DNA of 41,996 nt from Chrysochromulina tobinii. Lineage: Eukaryota. The stretch's first letter is position 1, and every line of letters begins with the position of its first letter. Location: positions 1 to 41,996 of the forward strand of contig JWZX01003061.1 in the NCBI GenBank assembly GCA_001275005.1. The letters are read 5' to 3'. This document shows positions 10,317 through 20,560 of the stretch, piece after piece. A program made the translations under genes and the position numbers. The notes beneath the pieces are model-generated. The model was not told where the DNA came from and did no database searches. It saw only the letters and a program-made list of their open reading frames with translations.

Positions 10317-12503
10317 TCAACCCACTGAGATCCTACGTATCGCGCCGGCTGCAAAGGCCTCCCTCTCGCACTCGAACGCAAAGTCACCCCACTGCTTGTG
10401 TGGGCTCGCCCTGGTTCGGGCGGCGGCGAGGAATGCTGCGGCGGCCTTCGAGTCGAGGTCCGGCGGCGGCAGGCCGGCCTTGAACGTCTGCTGGAAGCCG
10501 TAGCGCAACGAGCCGTTGCGCGTGGGCCCGTTGACGATCTTTGGCGGCCACGGCATCTTCGGATACGCCTCACCCCTTGCAAACGTGATGACCATCCGCT
10601 CTGCACGCCTCACATAAAGGGAGTCGATGCGCACTTTGCTGCGCTCCTGAGCGCGGCTGTGACTCCATTTGGAGCGCTCGTGGGCGACCTTGACAAAGCA
10701 CGGCGTGCTGTTACTCCATTGGGCCCAGAAGGACGTGACGTACGTGACGCTCACGTTGCGGCGGTGGAGTTCATTGGCGGTGCTCTGCGCGTACGTCGAG
10801 GTCTCGATGAAGGGGAAAGGGAACATCTGGGGCGCGTACATCCCCTTGACGCGCGTACATGGGCAGCCCTCGCACGTAACCATGAGGGCACCTTGCTCCG
10901 GCCGCCAGCTCATCAGAAAGCCCAGTGACAAGACGACCCCAAGGCACGCCGCGCTCGCAGCGCCCGGTGGTAGCTGTATCGGGCCGAGCTGGAGGGGATC
11001 ACCACCTGGCGTCTCACTGACGAAGCCCAACTTGGTGACGCTCCGCACGGTACTCTCATCTCGCAGGTTCCAGCCTTTGGGCAGCGCCGAGCGCGGGACT
11101 AGGTCCGCTCGAGGATAGCATACCTCGTCGTCGCCGTCCGCGCCCGAGTCGGTGCGTGTGCTCGTCTCTTCGCGCACAGCAGCCCCGGCGCCTTGCTGCG
11201 CGAGCTCGTCACCACCTCGGGCGATCGGGGCCGCGCCGTCCTGAGCGATCGGGACCGCGCCGTCTTGAGCGGAGACGGACGACGGGCAGGCGACCCCGAG
11301 CAGCTGCCGAGCGACGAGATGCGCGCCGAGCGCGCCGAGCAGTACGTGGCCATGACGTGACGGATGGATCGTATCAGAGCCGTTGAGCGCATACAGCTGC
11401 GCAAGCATCTGGCTGCAAGGTCGGATCGAATGGAACGGGGGCAGGTGCTGGTGTCTCGAGCACTTGGAAGAGGCAGAGGTCGTACATGTATGTCGGCAGC
11501 TTGCGGCCACGGACTCCACGTGGCACTGGTGGCTTCGTGCCTCGCACCAACCTACGCTCTTTGAGTCGGCGCTCGTCGAGGCGGGCGGGCCGTTGGAGGC
11601 CGAGGCAGTCGAGGCCGCGTCAGCACTGTCCTCAAGCGAGTCACTGAGTGCTAAGCTGGCGAGCACGTGGGCGACATTGATAAAGTCGGCGCCACCTCGC
11701 TCAGCGGATCGGCGGATCCAAATCATGTCGCGCTCCGCGTGCTCAGGATAGCGCGAGCTCACCGGAGCAGACTGCTTCAGCGCGCGGGAGTGGTTGAGCA
11801 AACTGGAGACAGACCTCAGCCGCGGCCATGCGGCGATCACCGGCCGCGCATTTGGCGCCGTCCGCCGCAGCGCCGCCAGCGCCTCGTCGTGCGCCATCTT
11901 GTCCCCGCCGAGATTCGCAGCGCCCTCGAGGAGCACTACGTGCGGCTCTTCAGGGAGGCCGGCGAGGAAGGCCGAGGTGCACCGGGCAAAGAAGGAGAGG
12001 TCGACGGCATTCTTAAAGTGGATCGAGGTCATCACACGGATCCCACCCAACGAGCCGGACGCTCTCGCGAGGAATGTGCTCAGAATGTCGTGCAGATGGC
12101 GGCCCCACGAGGCTGAAACGTCGCACTTGTTGCAATGATGGCCGCACGTTTTTGGTGCGCCATTGCAGCCAGCCGTCGGAGAAGTGCCGAGGACGAGAAT
12201 GCGCAGCGTACGTTCCTGAAGCACGCTATTCAATGTTCGGCGCCAGCCTTCCTGCGTCCCGCTGAACAATTCGTGGCTTGCTTCAGCCGCAGCAGCCGCA
12301 GCAGTGGCAGCAGTGGCCGTCGCTAACCGCATCGATGTGGCGGCCTCGGAGTGCTCACCGAAGACTGAGAAGATATGCTCGCTGCCCAGAATTGAAAGCC
12401 GCGTCGCATTGTCGATGGGCGGCGGGAAGGTTAGGAGCAGCGGCAGCGCTGCGCGCGCGCTGGCGCACGACCAGAGCGGCATCGGCGAAGTTATCGGCGA
12501 CAT
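10317..12503 (-). CDS. Secreted-type SGNH/GDSL-like protein, paralogous to 5018-6754
   Basis: Motifs RILVLGTSPTAG and DTIHPSRHGH. C-terminal motifs shared with 5018-6754: KLGFVS/KPGLVS, TCEGCPC/SCQHGCSC, RNVSVT/RNVSVA. Start at 12503 or 12482. Confidence 0.7.
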   Translation of the reverse strand: MSPITSPMPLWSCASARAALPLLLTFPPPIDNATRLSILGSEHIFSVFGEHSEAATSMRLATATAATAAAAAAEASHELFSGTQEGWRRTLNSVLQERTLRILVLGTSPTAGCNGAPKTCGHHCNKCDVSASWGRHLHDILSTFLARASGSLGGIRVMTSIHFKNAVDLSFFARCTSAFLAGLPEEPHVVLLEGAANLGGDKMAHDEALAALRRTAPNARPVIAAWPRLRSVSSLLNHSRALKQSAPVSSRYPEHAERDMIWIRRSAERGGADFINVAHVLASLALSDSLEDSADAASTASASNGPPASTSADSKSVGWCEARSHQCHVESVAASCRHTCTTSASSKCSRHQHLPPFHSIRPCSQMLAQLYALNGSDTIHPSRHGHVLLGALGAHLVARQLLGVACPSSVSAQDGAVPIAQDGAAPIARGGDELAQQGAGAAVREETSTRTDSGADGDDEVCYPRADLVPRSALPKGWNLRDESTVRSVTKLGFVSETPGGDPLQLGPIQLPPGAASAACLGVVLSLGFLMSWRPEQGALMVTCEGCPCTRVKGMYAPQMFPFPFIETSTYAQSTANELHRRNVSVTYVTSFWAQWSNSTPCFVKVAHERSKWSHSRAQERSKVRIDSLYVRRAERMVITFARGEAYPKMPWPPKIVNGPTRNGSLRYGFQQTFKAGLPPPDLDSKAAAAFLAAARTRASPHKQWGDFAFECEREAFAAGAIRRISVG

Positions 12504-12519
12504 ACACCGCGCGAGTATA

Positions 12520-12796
12520 TACCGTAAAAAGACACCGGTACAGTATAGAAACCACATGCAGAAACACAGCAGCAGGGCAAAACCGAAACAGGTACATACC
12601 AAAAAGGGGCTGGCACCTTGGTCATACATGTACCGATGTCACACCGCGGTGTCCGCTTTCCGCTTTGGGTAGAATGTGTGTCCCGGCTCCCCCGCACAAG
12701 GGGCTCGACCCCCCGGAGTCTACCGGGTAGTTACCGGATTGAAAACACCGGGGGGAGCCGGGACACACACGGTACCGGTACAGGACATGTACCGGC
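12520..12796. repeat. Degenerate tandem copies of the hairpin repeat family
   Basis: TACCGTAAAAAGACACCGG at 12520; TGTGTGTCCCGGCTCCCCCG at 12675; ACACCGGGGGGAGCCGGGACACACACGG at 12745. Confidence 0.65.
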
Positions 12797-13023
12797 GGGA
12801 GTGGGGGGGGTCTCCTTACGTTAAGCGTATTTGGTACCTATAGCCTTTACATGTAAGCGCTACATGTACATGTACACGCGGTTTCTAACGGCTGTGCCGT
12901 GAAGCTAGGAGCTCGGTAGAACTTATCAAAATATGTAAAGTTTGTTAAAAGTTTGATGACGCGTGGCCTGTTACAGCGTGCACTGACCCGAACCCTCACC
13001 GGCCCTCACTCCACAGTTTGCAC

Positions 13024-14475
13024 TCAGTTGTGAAAGTGGTACTGCTCAAGCAGCCGGGTGAGCATCTCCGCCCACACGTGCGGCATCCCAGGGTAGCAGT
13101 ATGCCTCGCACGCGCCGCGCGGATGTTGCCCGCCGGCTGCGGTCGGGATGAGTGCGTCCGCGCGCGTCGCAGACATGTGAGTCAGGTTGAGGATCGAGAG
13201 CTTGGCACGCGGAGCCCATTTTTGGAAGGCGGTGCGCCAGATGATCTCTGCATGCTTGATCTGCTCAGAATAGTACGCGTAGTCGTGGTACATGCCGAGG
13301 TACAGCTCGCCCGTGGCGTTCCGCAACGCTGGGAGCGAGCGGAGTGGCGAGTTGCTCACAGCCGCGGGAGCCCGGCGGCGTGGTGACGAAGATGACGTGC
13401 CAGTGAACAACGCGTTCCCGATGTGGCGTGCGATACTCTCGACGATGACAGGGTAGCGCACGCCAAACATGTCGCAGCCGTAGTTGGTGCTCGGGCTCAG
13501 ATTGAGTGACTTGAACGGCTTGAAGGCGTCCGCGTCGCCCGCGGGCGTGCCGCAGCCTGCGAGGGCCGCTGGGTACGGATGCTGCTTCCACAGATGAGAG
13601 CCCATCGCGAGGACGAGCGTTCGTAACGGCTGCTCGGCGTCATGCGCGACCTGACGAGCAAAGGGGATGGTCCAATACATGTTGAAGAGCTGGTGGTGCG
13701 TGTTCGACTCGTACGGCAGCCCCGAAGGCGTCATCGGCGGACACGGCGTGATCGAGTCGGCGTGGGTCGCACCCGTGGCGCAAAGCGCGACCTGCTCGGG
13801 AGTCATCGGACGGAGCGTGTATGAGTTGACGAGCGTGTTGGTGTACTGGAACTCGGAGTGGACCGCGCCGTTCGTGTGCTGCTGGAAGGCGACGAACAGT
13901 TCGCTCAGAGGCGTGTCGCCCACGAAGAGGATAGGTCCCGCCGACTGCTCGATGCTTCCGGCGTACGCATGGAACATGGTCGGAGGCACATGTGTCATGG
14001 GTGAGAAGAAGCAGCCGTCCGAAGGCTGCCACACGAAGGCGAAGTTGCGCAGGTTGTTGGCAAATGTCGCGGACGATCTCGTCCCGTAGCAAGGCGTGTG
14101 GAAGCTGGTGCACACGTCCGTCGGCGACGTCGTGACGGGTGCTTGCTGGCAGCCATGCTCAGAGGCGCAGCAGCCGCCCAACGGGCATGGCGTGGTGCTC
14201 TCGACGCACTCCATCGGCATGAATTCCAGGATGCTGCGCCGCTCCATGTACGACGGCACCCATCGCCCTTCAGTGTAGCCGGGAGCACCGTGCGGCCCCA
14301 GGAAGACATTCTGCTGCATGTCGCAACGCCGCATGCGGTGATTCCAGAGATAGTAGCGGTCGTGGTCAAGCACCGAGTTCTGGCCTTCTCGAAGTGAGGA
14401 GAGCGGGCCATTCGGGCAGTCTGTGGTGCACGGCGGCTGCGCTGTCGAGAGGACGGAAAGCTGCAGGGGCAGCAT
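13024..14475 (-). CDS. TBL/PC-esterase-like (SGNH) protein with Cys-rich N-terminus
   Basis: FVWQPSDGC, ILFVGDT and C-terminal CEAYCYPGMPHVWAEML resemble TBL GDS and DCxHWCLPGVPDxW motifs. Probable compensating frameshifts at 13330-13400. Confidence 0.65.
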   Translation of the reverse strand: MLPLQLSVLSTAQPPCTTDCPNGPLSSLREGQNSVLDHDRYYLWNHRMRRCDMQQNVFLGPHGAPGYTEGRWVPSYMERRSILEFMPMECVESTTPCPLGGCCASEHGCQQAPVTTSPTDVCTSFHTPCYGTRSSATFANNLRNFAFVWQPSDGCFFSPMTHVPPTMFHAYAGSIEQSAGPILFVGDTPLSELFVAFQQHTNGAVHSEFQYTNTLVNSYTLRPMTPEQVALCATGATHADSITPCPPMTPSGLPYESNTHHQLFNMYWTIPFARQVAHDAEQPLRTLVLAMGSHLWKQHPYPAALAGCGTPAGDADAFKPFKSLNLSPSTNYGCDMFGVRYPVIVESIARHIGNALFTGTSSSSPRRRAPAAVSNSPLRSLPALRNATGELYLGMYHDYAYYSEQIKHAEIIWRTAFQKWAPRAKLSILNLTHMSATRADALIPTAAGGQHPRGACEAYCYPGMPHVWAEMLTRLLEQYHFHN

Positions 14476-14652
14476 TGTGTGCACGTCGGTGGGGGCTACG
14501 GCCAGCGTGCGTGGGCTGCGGCCAGTGGGGAGGTGGGTGGCGGCCGACCGTATCGTCTTTCCGGACTAAAAACATGTTACTTTGACGACGGGAGCGTTGA
14601 GTTTTTAATAGCTTGCATGCCAACCTACATCATTATCAGAAAGCACGCTCCG

Positions 14653-15429
14653 CTAACAGCCGCGAGACCCCCGGGTGATGATTTCGCCGTTGGCGGTGAG
14701 CGGGCGCGGTCCGAAGGGATCGTTGACGATAGATGGACCGCGCGGCCGCCGCTCTCCGCGCGGTAGGTGCCACCACTCGCTGATCTGCGCTTGCGGTGCA
14801 ATACGTTCAGGAGCTCGGGACGGGACGCCGTCGAAGATGCCCGAGTCGACGCTGCTGGGCAACGAGCGCATCGAGTCGCCAAACTCGCTCGCACGGGAGA
14901 GGAGCTGCGAACGCTCGAGGAGCTTTCCCTGGTTACCAACGTAGAGAAGGCGTGGATCGGGTGACAGCTGCGAGCGAGACTTAGGTGGCCTCAAGAGTCC
15001 ATCTGGGCCCCGCTCCCACTCAAGCTTGGGAGCGCCTCTTGCCCCACCAGCAGCAGAATGTGGCCTCGACATTTCACTCGTCACGCCAAAGCGCTGCCAC
15101 AGCGGGGAATAAGCACCAGGTCCGGGCACGGAGCCGTCGCCATTCACATTCGGTGGATCGATCGTCGCTGGAAGCGCGTCCTGTGTGCCCCGCGGCTGCC
15201 GTGATTGCCGCACCCTTCTTGGTTGCGACATCAACGGCGTCGGAGCTCGAGTCATCATCGGCGGAGAGTCGGGAACGTCATAGTACCCCGGATCAGAGAA
15301 CCCTGTGGGTCTGGTGACTGCGAGTGGCGTCGTCGCTCGCACTTGGAGCGGTCTGGCGTAGTACATGTGGCAAGGGTCGCCTGAGCGGCCCATCCCGGTC
15401 CCCTTTAGAAAAGGGACGCCACGGAGCAT
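14653..15429 (-). CDS. Hypothetical protein with PGPGAY (STPG/SHIPPO-type) motif, possibly flagellar
   Basis: ORF from ATG 15429; motifs DPGYYDVP and VPGPGAYSP. Confidence 0.55.
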   Translation of the reverse strand: MLRGVPFLKGTGMGRSGDPCHMYYARPLQVRATTPLAVTRPTGFSDPGYYDVPDSPPMMTRAPTPLMSQPRRVRQSRQPRGTQDALPATIDPPNVNGDGSVPGPGAYSPLWQRFGVTSEMSRPHSAAGGARGAPKLEWERGPDGLLRPPKSRSQLSPDPRLLYVGNQGKLLERSQLLSRASEFGDSMRSLPSSVDSGIFDGVPSRAPERIAPQAQISEWWHLPRGERRPRGPSIVNDPFGPRPLTANGEIITRGSRGC

Positions 15430-15794
15430 GGTCGTCTCTCGACTCCACCACAACGTACCACACAACTCACAAACGAAACGTTCATAACCAATTCTGGACG
15501 GAAGTCAAGTCAAGTCAAGTCAAGTGAAGCCACCGCTATGGAATACCCCCCAAGGCTCAAGACTCAAGACTCATGTGTTTGAGGACTCAAGACCCGCAAC
15601 GAACGAAGTCCTGAGTTGTCCTGAGACTTTTTTCGCTTGAGGCTGACCATACCGGTGTGGTGCGGTTTTGTGGCGACGCGTGCGTCCCGGGGTTTGGGTG
15701 TGGACTGGCGCGGTTTGGGTGTGGTCTGGCGCGCGAGTCGGTGGGTGGGTTGGTTTTGAGGGGGTTCGGTTTGTGTTATTTGTGCGGTTCGCGT

Positions 15795-15844
15795 GTCTGT
15801 CCCACGTGTGTGTCCCGGCTCCCCCGGTGTCTTTTTACCGGTAC
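15795..15844. repeat. Single arm of the hairpin repeat family
   Basis: CGTGTGTGTCCCGGCTCCCCCGGTGTCTTTTTACCGGTAC closely matches 8416-8456. Confidence 0.75.
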
Positions 15845-16185
15845 ATCCATACAACGGAGCACATTCGACAGGTTTCCTGTATGGGTTGTTTGTTGTTTAT
15901 GTATACACTAGCGCTTGACTCTTGTCGGAAGAAAACTACGGCGAGGGTGACAACCGGCAAGTGGTCCTGACAGAAAGCGAGATACTTAGGCGCCCTCACA
16001 TTTCCGAAAATTTCGAATGAAGTCTCCCTAAGACGCGTTGAGATATTGTGCATACCTCAAGCGTGTCGTCAAGCACAAAGATTATAGACGAAACCGAGTT
16101 TCTGCAGTTTCATTGGCGAAACTCGGTTTTCGTCGCGCACTCGCACGCCATCACACGCGGCCCGTCCACACTCTTCATCTTCATC

Positions 16186-16419
16186 ATGAGCGGCCCAGTG
16201 GCTTTCACGGTGATGCCCGGCGTCCTCCTCGCCTGCACTGCTTCTATGGCCATCTTGTGGGCTACCGCCGGCCAGTCCAATTCAACGCGCCTTCGTCACT
16301 CACCGACCGGCGAAGCGTCATCCGCTGCGGTCATGGCGAAGCCCCCCATCAAGCGCCGCAACAGCGCGGAGGCTACGTTTGAAAACCCCGCGCACGCGTC
16401 GGGGATCATGAAGAAGTGA
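16186..16419 (+). CDS. Small (77 aa) protein with N-terminal hydrophobic segment
   Basis: ATG at 16186, GC3-rich codons, segment VMPGVLLACTASMAILWA, flanked by non-coding-looking DNA. Confidence 0.5.
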   Translation: MSGPVAFTVMPGVLLACTASMAILWATAGQSNSTRLRHSPTGEASSAAVMAKPPIKRRNSAEATFENPAHASGIMKK

Positions 16420-16728
16420 CTGAATGTCCAGCAAGGTCCGACTATGGTGCGCGGGTATGAGTTGAAGTTCCATCCGGACGTGTCGTCGTGCGCTCACGTT
16501 GCCACATAAGACTCGCATACGACAGCGGTAAGTGAGTTCTGACTGTGCGCGCACTATGTGTATGTGTCGGTACGTAACGGTGTGTAGATGAAGAATCAAC
16601 TCTCTCCTAAGATCAGCCCATAGTACAATCCTTTCAACGGAAGTGGGCAGGCGACAGCCCGGTTCAGCTCGGCTGGAAGCAGGAGAGGTGAGAGCACAGT
16701 CCACAGAGCAGCTCGACGTGTCTGTGGG

Positions 16729-18447
16729 CTACCAGGCATCAAAGCTCCCGAAACCACCTGCCGACTTTGGCTTTTTCTTCGGCGGCTCGTCTGCTGCCTC
16801 TGCAAGAGCCGAAGCTTGGAGTGCAGCGGCACCGACCACTGCCGACGACGACGACGACGGCTGCTGTCGCGCGGCTGGCGCCAACTCTCCATGGAAGTGC
16901 TGCGGGGCTATGTACTTGCCGACGCCCACGCGAAGCTCTTTGGGGCGCTCTGGCTGGTAGTTGAACCACGGTTCAGCGTCCTCCGCCGCCCGCTTCGCCT
17001 TTTCAGCCGCCGCCGCAGCCCCGGGGTTGGCCTTCTCGGCGAGCGCGGCATCCATCTTGGCATCGATGTCGGCAAACGGGTTCACAAAGATGGAGGCGCC
17101 AAGAAGCGTCACCGGCTCGAGCGGCCGGTCGTCCTTGTCCGTAGGCAGCGCCTCGATGCGCGCGAGCGTGTCGAGCCCGCCGACGACGGATCCGAAGACG
17201 GTGTGCTTCCCATCCAGGTGCGCAGCAGACTTGAAGGTGAGAAAGAATTGGGAGCCGTTGGAATTGGGCCCAGAGTTGGCCATCGAGAGAACACCGCGAC
17301 CGTCGTGCTTGAGCTTACCCGAGATCTCATCGGCGAATTTCCCACCCCACGCCGACTCGCCGCCGCTGCCCGTGCCAGTTGGATCACCGCCTTGCAGCAT
17401 GAAGTTGCGGATCAAACGATGGAAGGATGTGCCGTCATAGTAGCCGCGCTCGATGAGCTGGAGGAAGTTGTCGCACGTCCTGGGCGCGCAATCCACGCGT
17501 AGCTCGAGGTTGAGCGTGCCATGCGAGGTGCGCAGCTGCACGTACCCCTTTGTCTTCTGAGCCTTGGCAAACACGTACCGCTGGCGGGCCGCCTCTTCGG
17601 CACTCAGCGACGCGATCTCGTTCACAGTCTGAACCGGCACGGAGGTGGACGTGAATGACGCGGACGCCGCGCCGGTCGTCTGCACCCAGCGTGCCGGCTT
17701 GAGACCACCGCCGCCGCCGCCGCCGCTGCTGCTGGCCGCACCACCCGCCGCACCGCCCGCCGTGGCTTTGACTGCTTTTGGCAACGTCACCTTGATGGCG
17801 GCCTCTGATGGCGTGGCGGACGCGGACGCTGCGGCAACTTGCTGCATGATGCGCGCAGTGGCTTCATTGTGCCGCACGCCGCCGCTGTCCTTCAGCTCCA
17901 CTTCGAGGCCCGCGTTCACGTGATTGAAGTGCTCGAGCTCGCGTCGCTCTGAGTTGGTCGGGTCTTGGATATGAAGCACGTCAGCGCGCGTGAACGGCAT
18001 CTGGTCGAGCAGGTCGCGCAGGTCGTTGGTCTTGAGGTTCATCTGTTTGACCGCATCGTAGCAGTACACGTTGCCCGTCGTCTTGATCGCCACGATGTGT
18101 GTGTGCTGCGTGAACGGCTTGAAGAGAACCGGGCACGCGTACTGCCCCTCCGCGTTGCGGTGGAAGTGCAGCTTCGTCAGGTCGCTGGCGGCCAGCGGCT
18201 GACCGGTCACGGGATGCCGGCGGAACTTTTTGAGGTACGGCACGACGTTGAGCAGCTCGAAGATGATGCCGTCGTCTGTGCAAAGTGGCGTCTCAAACGG
18301 CCGGAAGGAGATGGCGCAGCAGTCGAACGGAAGCGTCTTGTAAGGCAGGCGCGCCATCGACTGCTTTCCGGCGCCACGGTGCTCTCCACTCGCATGCTCC
18401 GTGCGCGTGAGGTAGAGTTTGTCCTTCGAGTGCTGGTTTTTGCCCAT
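16729..18447 (-). CDS. PPIL2: Peptidyl-prolyl isomerase-like 2 (U-box/RING plus cyclophilin; CYP65 type)
   Basis: N-terminus MGKNQHSKDKLY and LPFDCCAISF; cyclophilin motifs FHRLIRNFMLQGGDPTGTG, LSMANSGPNSNGSQFF and HLDGKHTVFG; C-terminus FGSFDAW. Confidence 0.95.
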   Translation of the reverse strand: MGKNQHSKDKLYLTRTEHASGEHRGAGKQSMARLPYKTLPFDCCAISFRPFETPLCTDDGIIFELLNVVPYLKKFRRHPVTGQPLAASDLTKLHFHRNAEGQYACPVLFKPFTQHTHIVAIKTTGNVYCYDAVKQMNLKTNDLRDLLDQMPFTRADVLHIQDPTNSERRELEHFNHVNAGLEVELKDSGGVRHNEATARIMQQVAAASASATPSEAAIKVTLPKAVKATAGGAAGGAASSSGGGGGGGLKPARWVQTTGAASASFTSTSVPVQTVNEIASLSAEEAARQRYVFAKAQKTKGYVQLRTSHGTLNLELRVDCAPRTCDNFLQLIERGYYDGTSFHRLIRNFMLQGGDPTGTGSGGESAWGGKFADEISGKLKHDGRGVLSMANSGPNSNGSQFFLTFKSAAHLDGKHTVFGSVVGGLDTLARIEALPTDKDDRPLEPVTLLGASIFVNPFADIDAKMDAALAEKANPGAAAAAEKAKRAAEDAEPWFNYQPERPKELRVGVGKYIAPQHFHGELAPAARQQPSSSSSAVVGAAALQASALAEAADEPPKKKPKSAGGFGSFDAW

Positions 18448-18759
18448 CTGCCACGGATCGCCTTGTGATCGTGGCGCTCGAGTCAAGAGACGCTTTCGCG
18501 TTTCTGGAGAAAAAACTTTTCGCCCATCGCGGCGCTTTCGCCAAACCGCAGCGCTCTTGTCGAAGAGCGCACGTAACCTACCAAGTCAAACGGGTGCCAC
18601 CTTACCTGCACCTATACTTTGCTACCTAGTGTTCATGGTTGTACGAATACGGCAGCTCGGAGGCGGGAGTGCGGCGAGCATCAGTACGCCGATCAGTATG
18701 CGATGCGGCACACGCCCCCCACGCACGCGGCGCTGCTCTCTGCAGACTGTGGCTCGCAA

Positions 18760-20015
18760 CTATAGCTTGTTGGATTGGACGTAGAGGTAGATGGAGAAGA
18801 AGGCAAGCGAGATGGAGTACCCGAAGATCTGTATCGTTGTCGCAGGCTCACCCATGATCACCACCGTATAGAGAACGAATGCCGCATTGCGACCGGTGTT
18901 AATGACCTTGAGTGTGACCGAGTTCGTCAGCTTGATGACTATGAAGGTGAGCATTGAGGCAACCACGCCGAGCAAAGATGAGGCGGTGAAGAGGATGGGG
19001 TGTGCCGCCATCGTGGCGAAGCCGCCCTTTTCCCGAAACTGGGGCGCCTCGGTAAACAGCGCGCCGACCAGCAAGAAGGCGGCCGCTGTTGGCGCGAAAA
19101 AGTACCTGATGAGGGAGGTACTCAGTGGTCATCAGTTGGCTTTCAGCGGCCTTCGGTGGCCTTCGGTGGCCTTCAACGGCCCTAATAAGGAAATCAAACG
19201 CAATCAGCGCACTGCGACTCGAGGACCCCTAGCTTGAAGTTCTTGAGCAGCCGCTGCAGTAGGACGAGGCGCGTCGCCTCGGCAACGATGCCTACGCTCC
19301 GGAACGCCATCCCGATCAGGCTGAGCTGCCCCTCGCCGTAGCTCGCGATGGCACACCCCAGACCGATGAGACACACACACACGGTCGCACGTGTTGTCGG
19401 TATCTCAACGCCAGTCACGTACAGGAGCACGAGCGTGACCGTCGGTGTGAAGGATGCGAGCATCTGCGTCAGCGTGATCGTCAGGTACATGTACGCCGCG
19501 TTCGTCATGGCAAAGGTGAGACCCTGCGCCGCACCGATTGGGATCATGTTCCACAGCCAGAACTGGAACGTAGTACTGCCGATGCCGCCTTCGGCCGCCT
19601 CGCCTCCCCCGGACGCTTTCGGCGTGGTGATCGGCACCGGCTCGATGCCAAGCTTCGGTGCGGTCGTCGCGCGGGGCTTTGTCCATCGCCGCCACAGTCG
19701 CTCCACGCGTGGCTGTAAGTGGATGACACCGGCGCAGTAAAACGAGGTCACCACCTGACCCAGCGCGGAGAGAAAGAGCGGGAACGGAAAGTGCAGCTCG
19801 TTGAGGATGCGAGCGTTCACTAGCACGAGCGTCGGGCCGACGAGCGCGTATGTCGTGCAAGCAGCGAACACCTTGAGCTGTTGCTGCACAGCAGTAGCCT
19901 TGGTGACCGCGCTGCTGGAGCCGCTATTCAGCGGTTGAGTCTCGTTCTCGGTTTCGTGATCACTGCCCACCTTCTCGTAATAACCACCGGGAGGATTGTG
20001 AGACATTATGCGCAT
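18760..20015 (-). CDS. TPT/nucleotide-sugar transporter family (DMT) protein, 2 exons
   Basis: Exons 20015-19213 and 19105-18760, joining as LESQ-YFFAP. Motifs FPFPLFLS, NAAYMYL, EATRLVLLQ and VIKLTNSVTLKV. Alternative start at 20006. Confidence 0.9.
19106..19212 (-). other. Intron with short repeats and CCTCCCTCATCAG acceptor
   Basis: CA|GTGCGC donor; (GAAGGCCACC)n repeat; phase 2. Confidence 0.85.
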
Positions 20016-20560
20016 CAGTTTTCAATGCTGCTTCCACCACCTCGCCGCCGCTCGCGGGGCGAAGAGAGCGCCGCGCGGGCGCCGCGAGAGCGAGACGGCG
20101 AGAGAGTTATCGAGCACGAACGTGAGAGCACAAGAAGTCTTTTCTCGTGAACGTGGACGGGACGTGGACGGGACGCCGTTTCGACACCCTTGTAGCCTCG
20201 CTGGGCTTTCCACAGGAAAATTGGACAGCAAATTCAAGAGAGAAGATAGATGTCGGCACAAAGCGCCGTCTCGGTCATTCGTCGGACGCTCGGCAAGGGA
20301 TTGAAAGTTTACAAGAGTACAATTGCAAGAGTAGAATGCCCGTGCCGCGGAAGCCAGCTGGCGGAAGCTCGCCCATGCGCCATGGCGCGAGCGCGCGCTC
20401 CTACGGTCCTTTTTCAAAGGCAAGTCAAAACTCAACTCAACGCAGTCACGCGACGTGCTGTGAAATTGTGAATGTGAGGTCGTATGATTTCAGACTGTAC
20501 GTACCAATCCTGTGGACTGTGACTCGCTCAGTCTCATAGTCTCTCAACCGCTCGAGTCGC

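Noticed and set aside
12504..12629. N-terminal extension of the 770-aa ORF
   Set aside because: It overlaps the dispersed repeat and AT-richer DNA. Similar run-on extensions at 3150-3407 and 4787-5017 were also discounted.
15502..15760. (AAGTC)n, CTCAAGA repeats and GT-rich direct repeats as telomere-like or mobile sequence
   Set aside because: Short, with no canonical telomere unit and no defined termini. Possibly decayed repeat DNA but unsupported.
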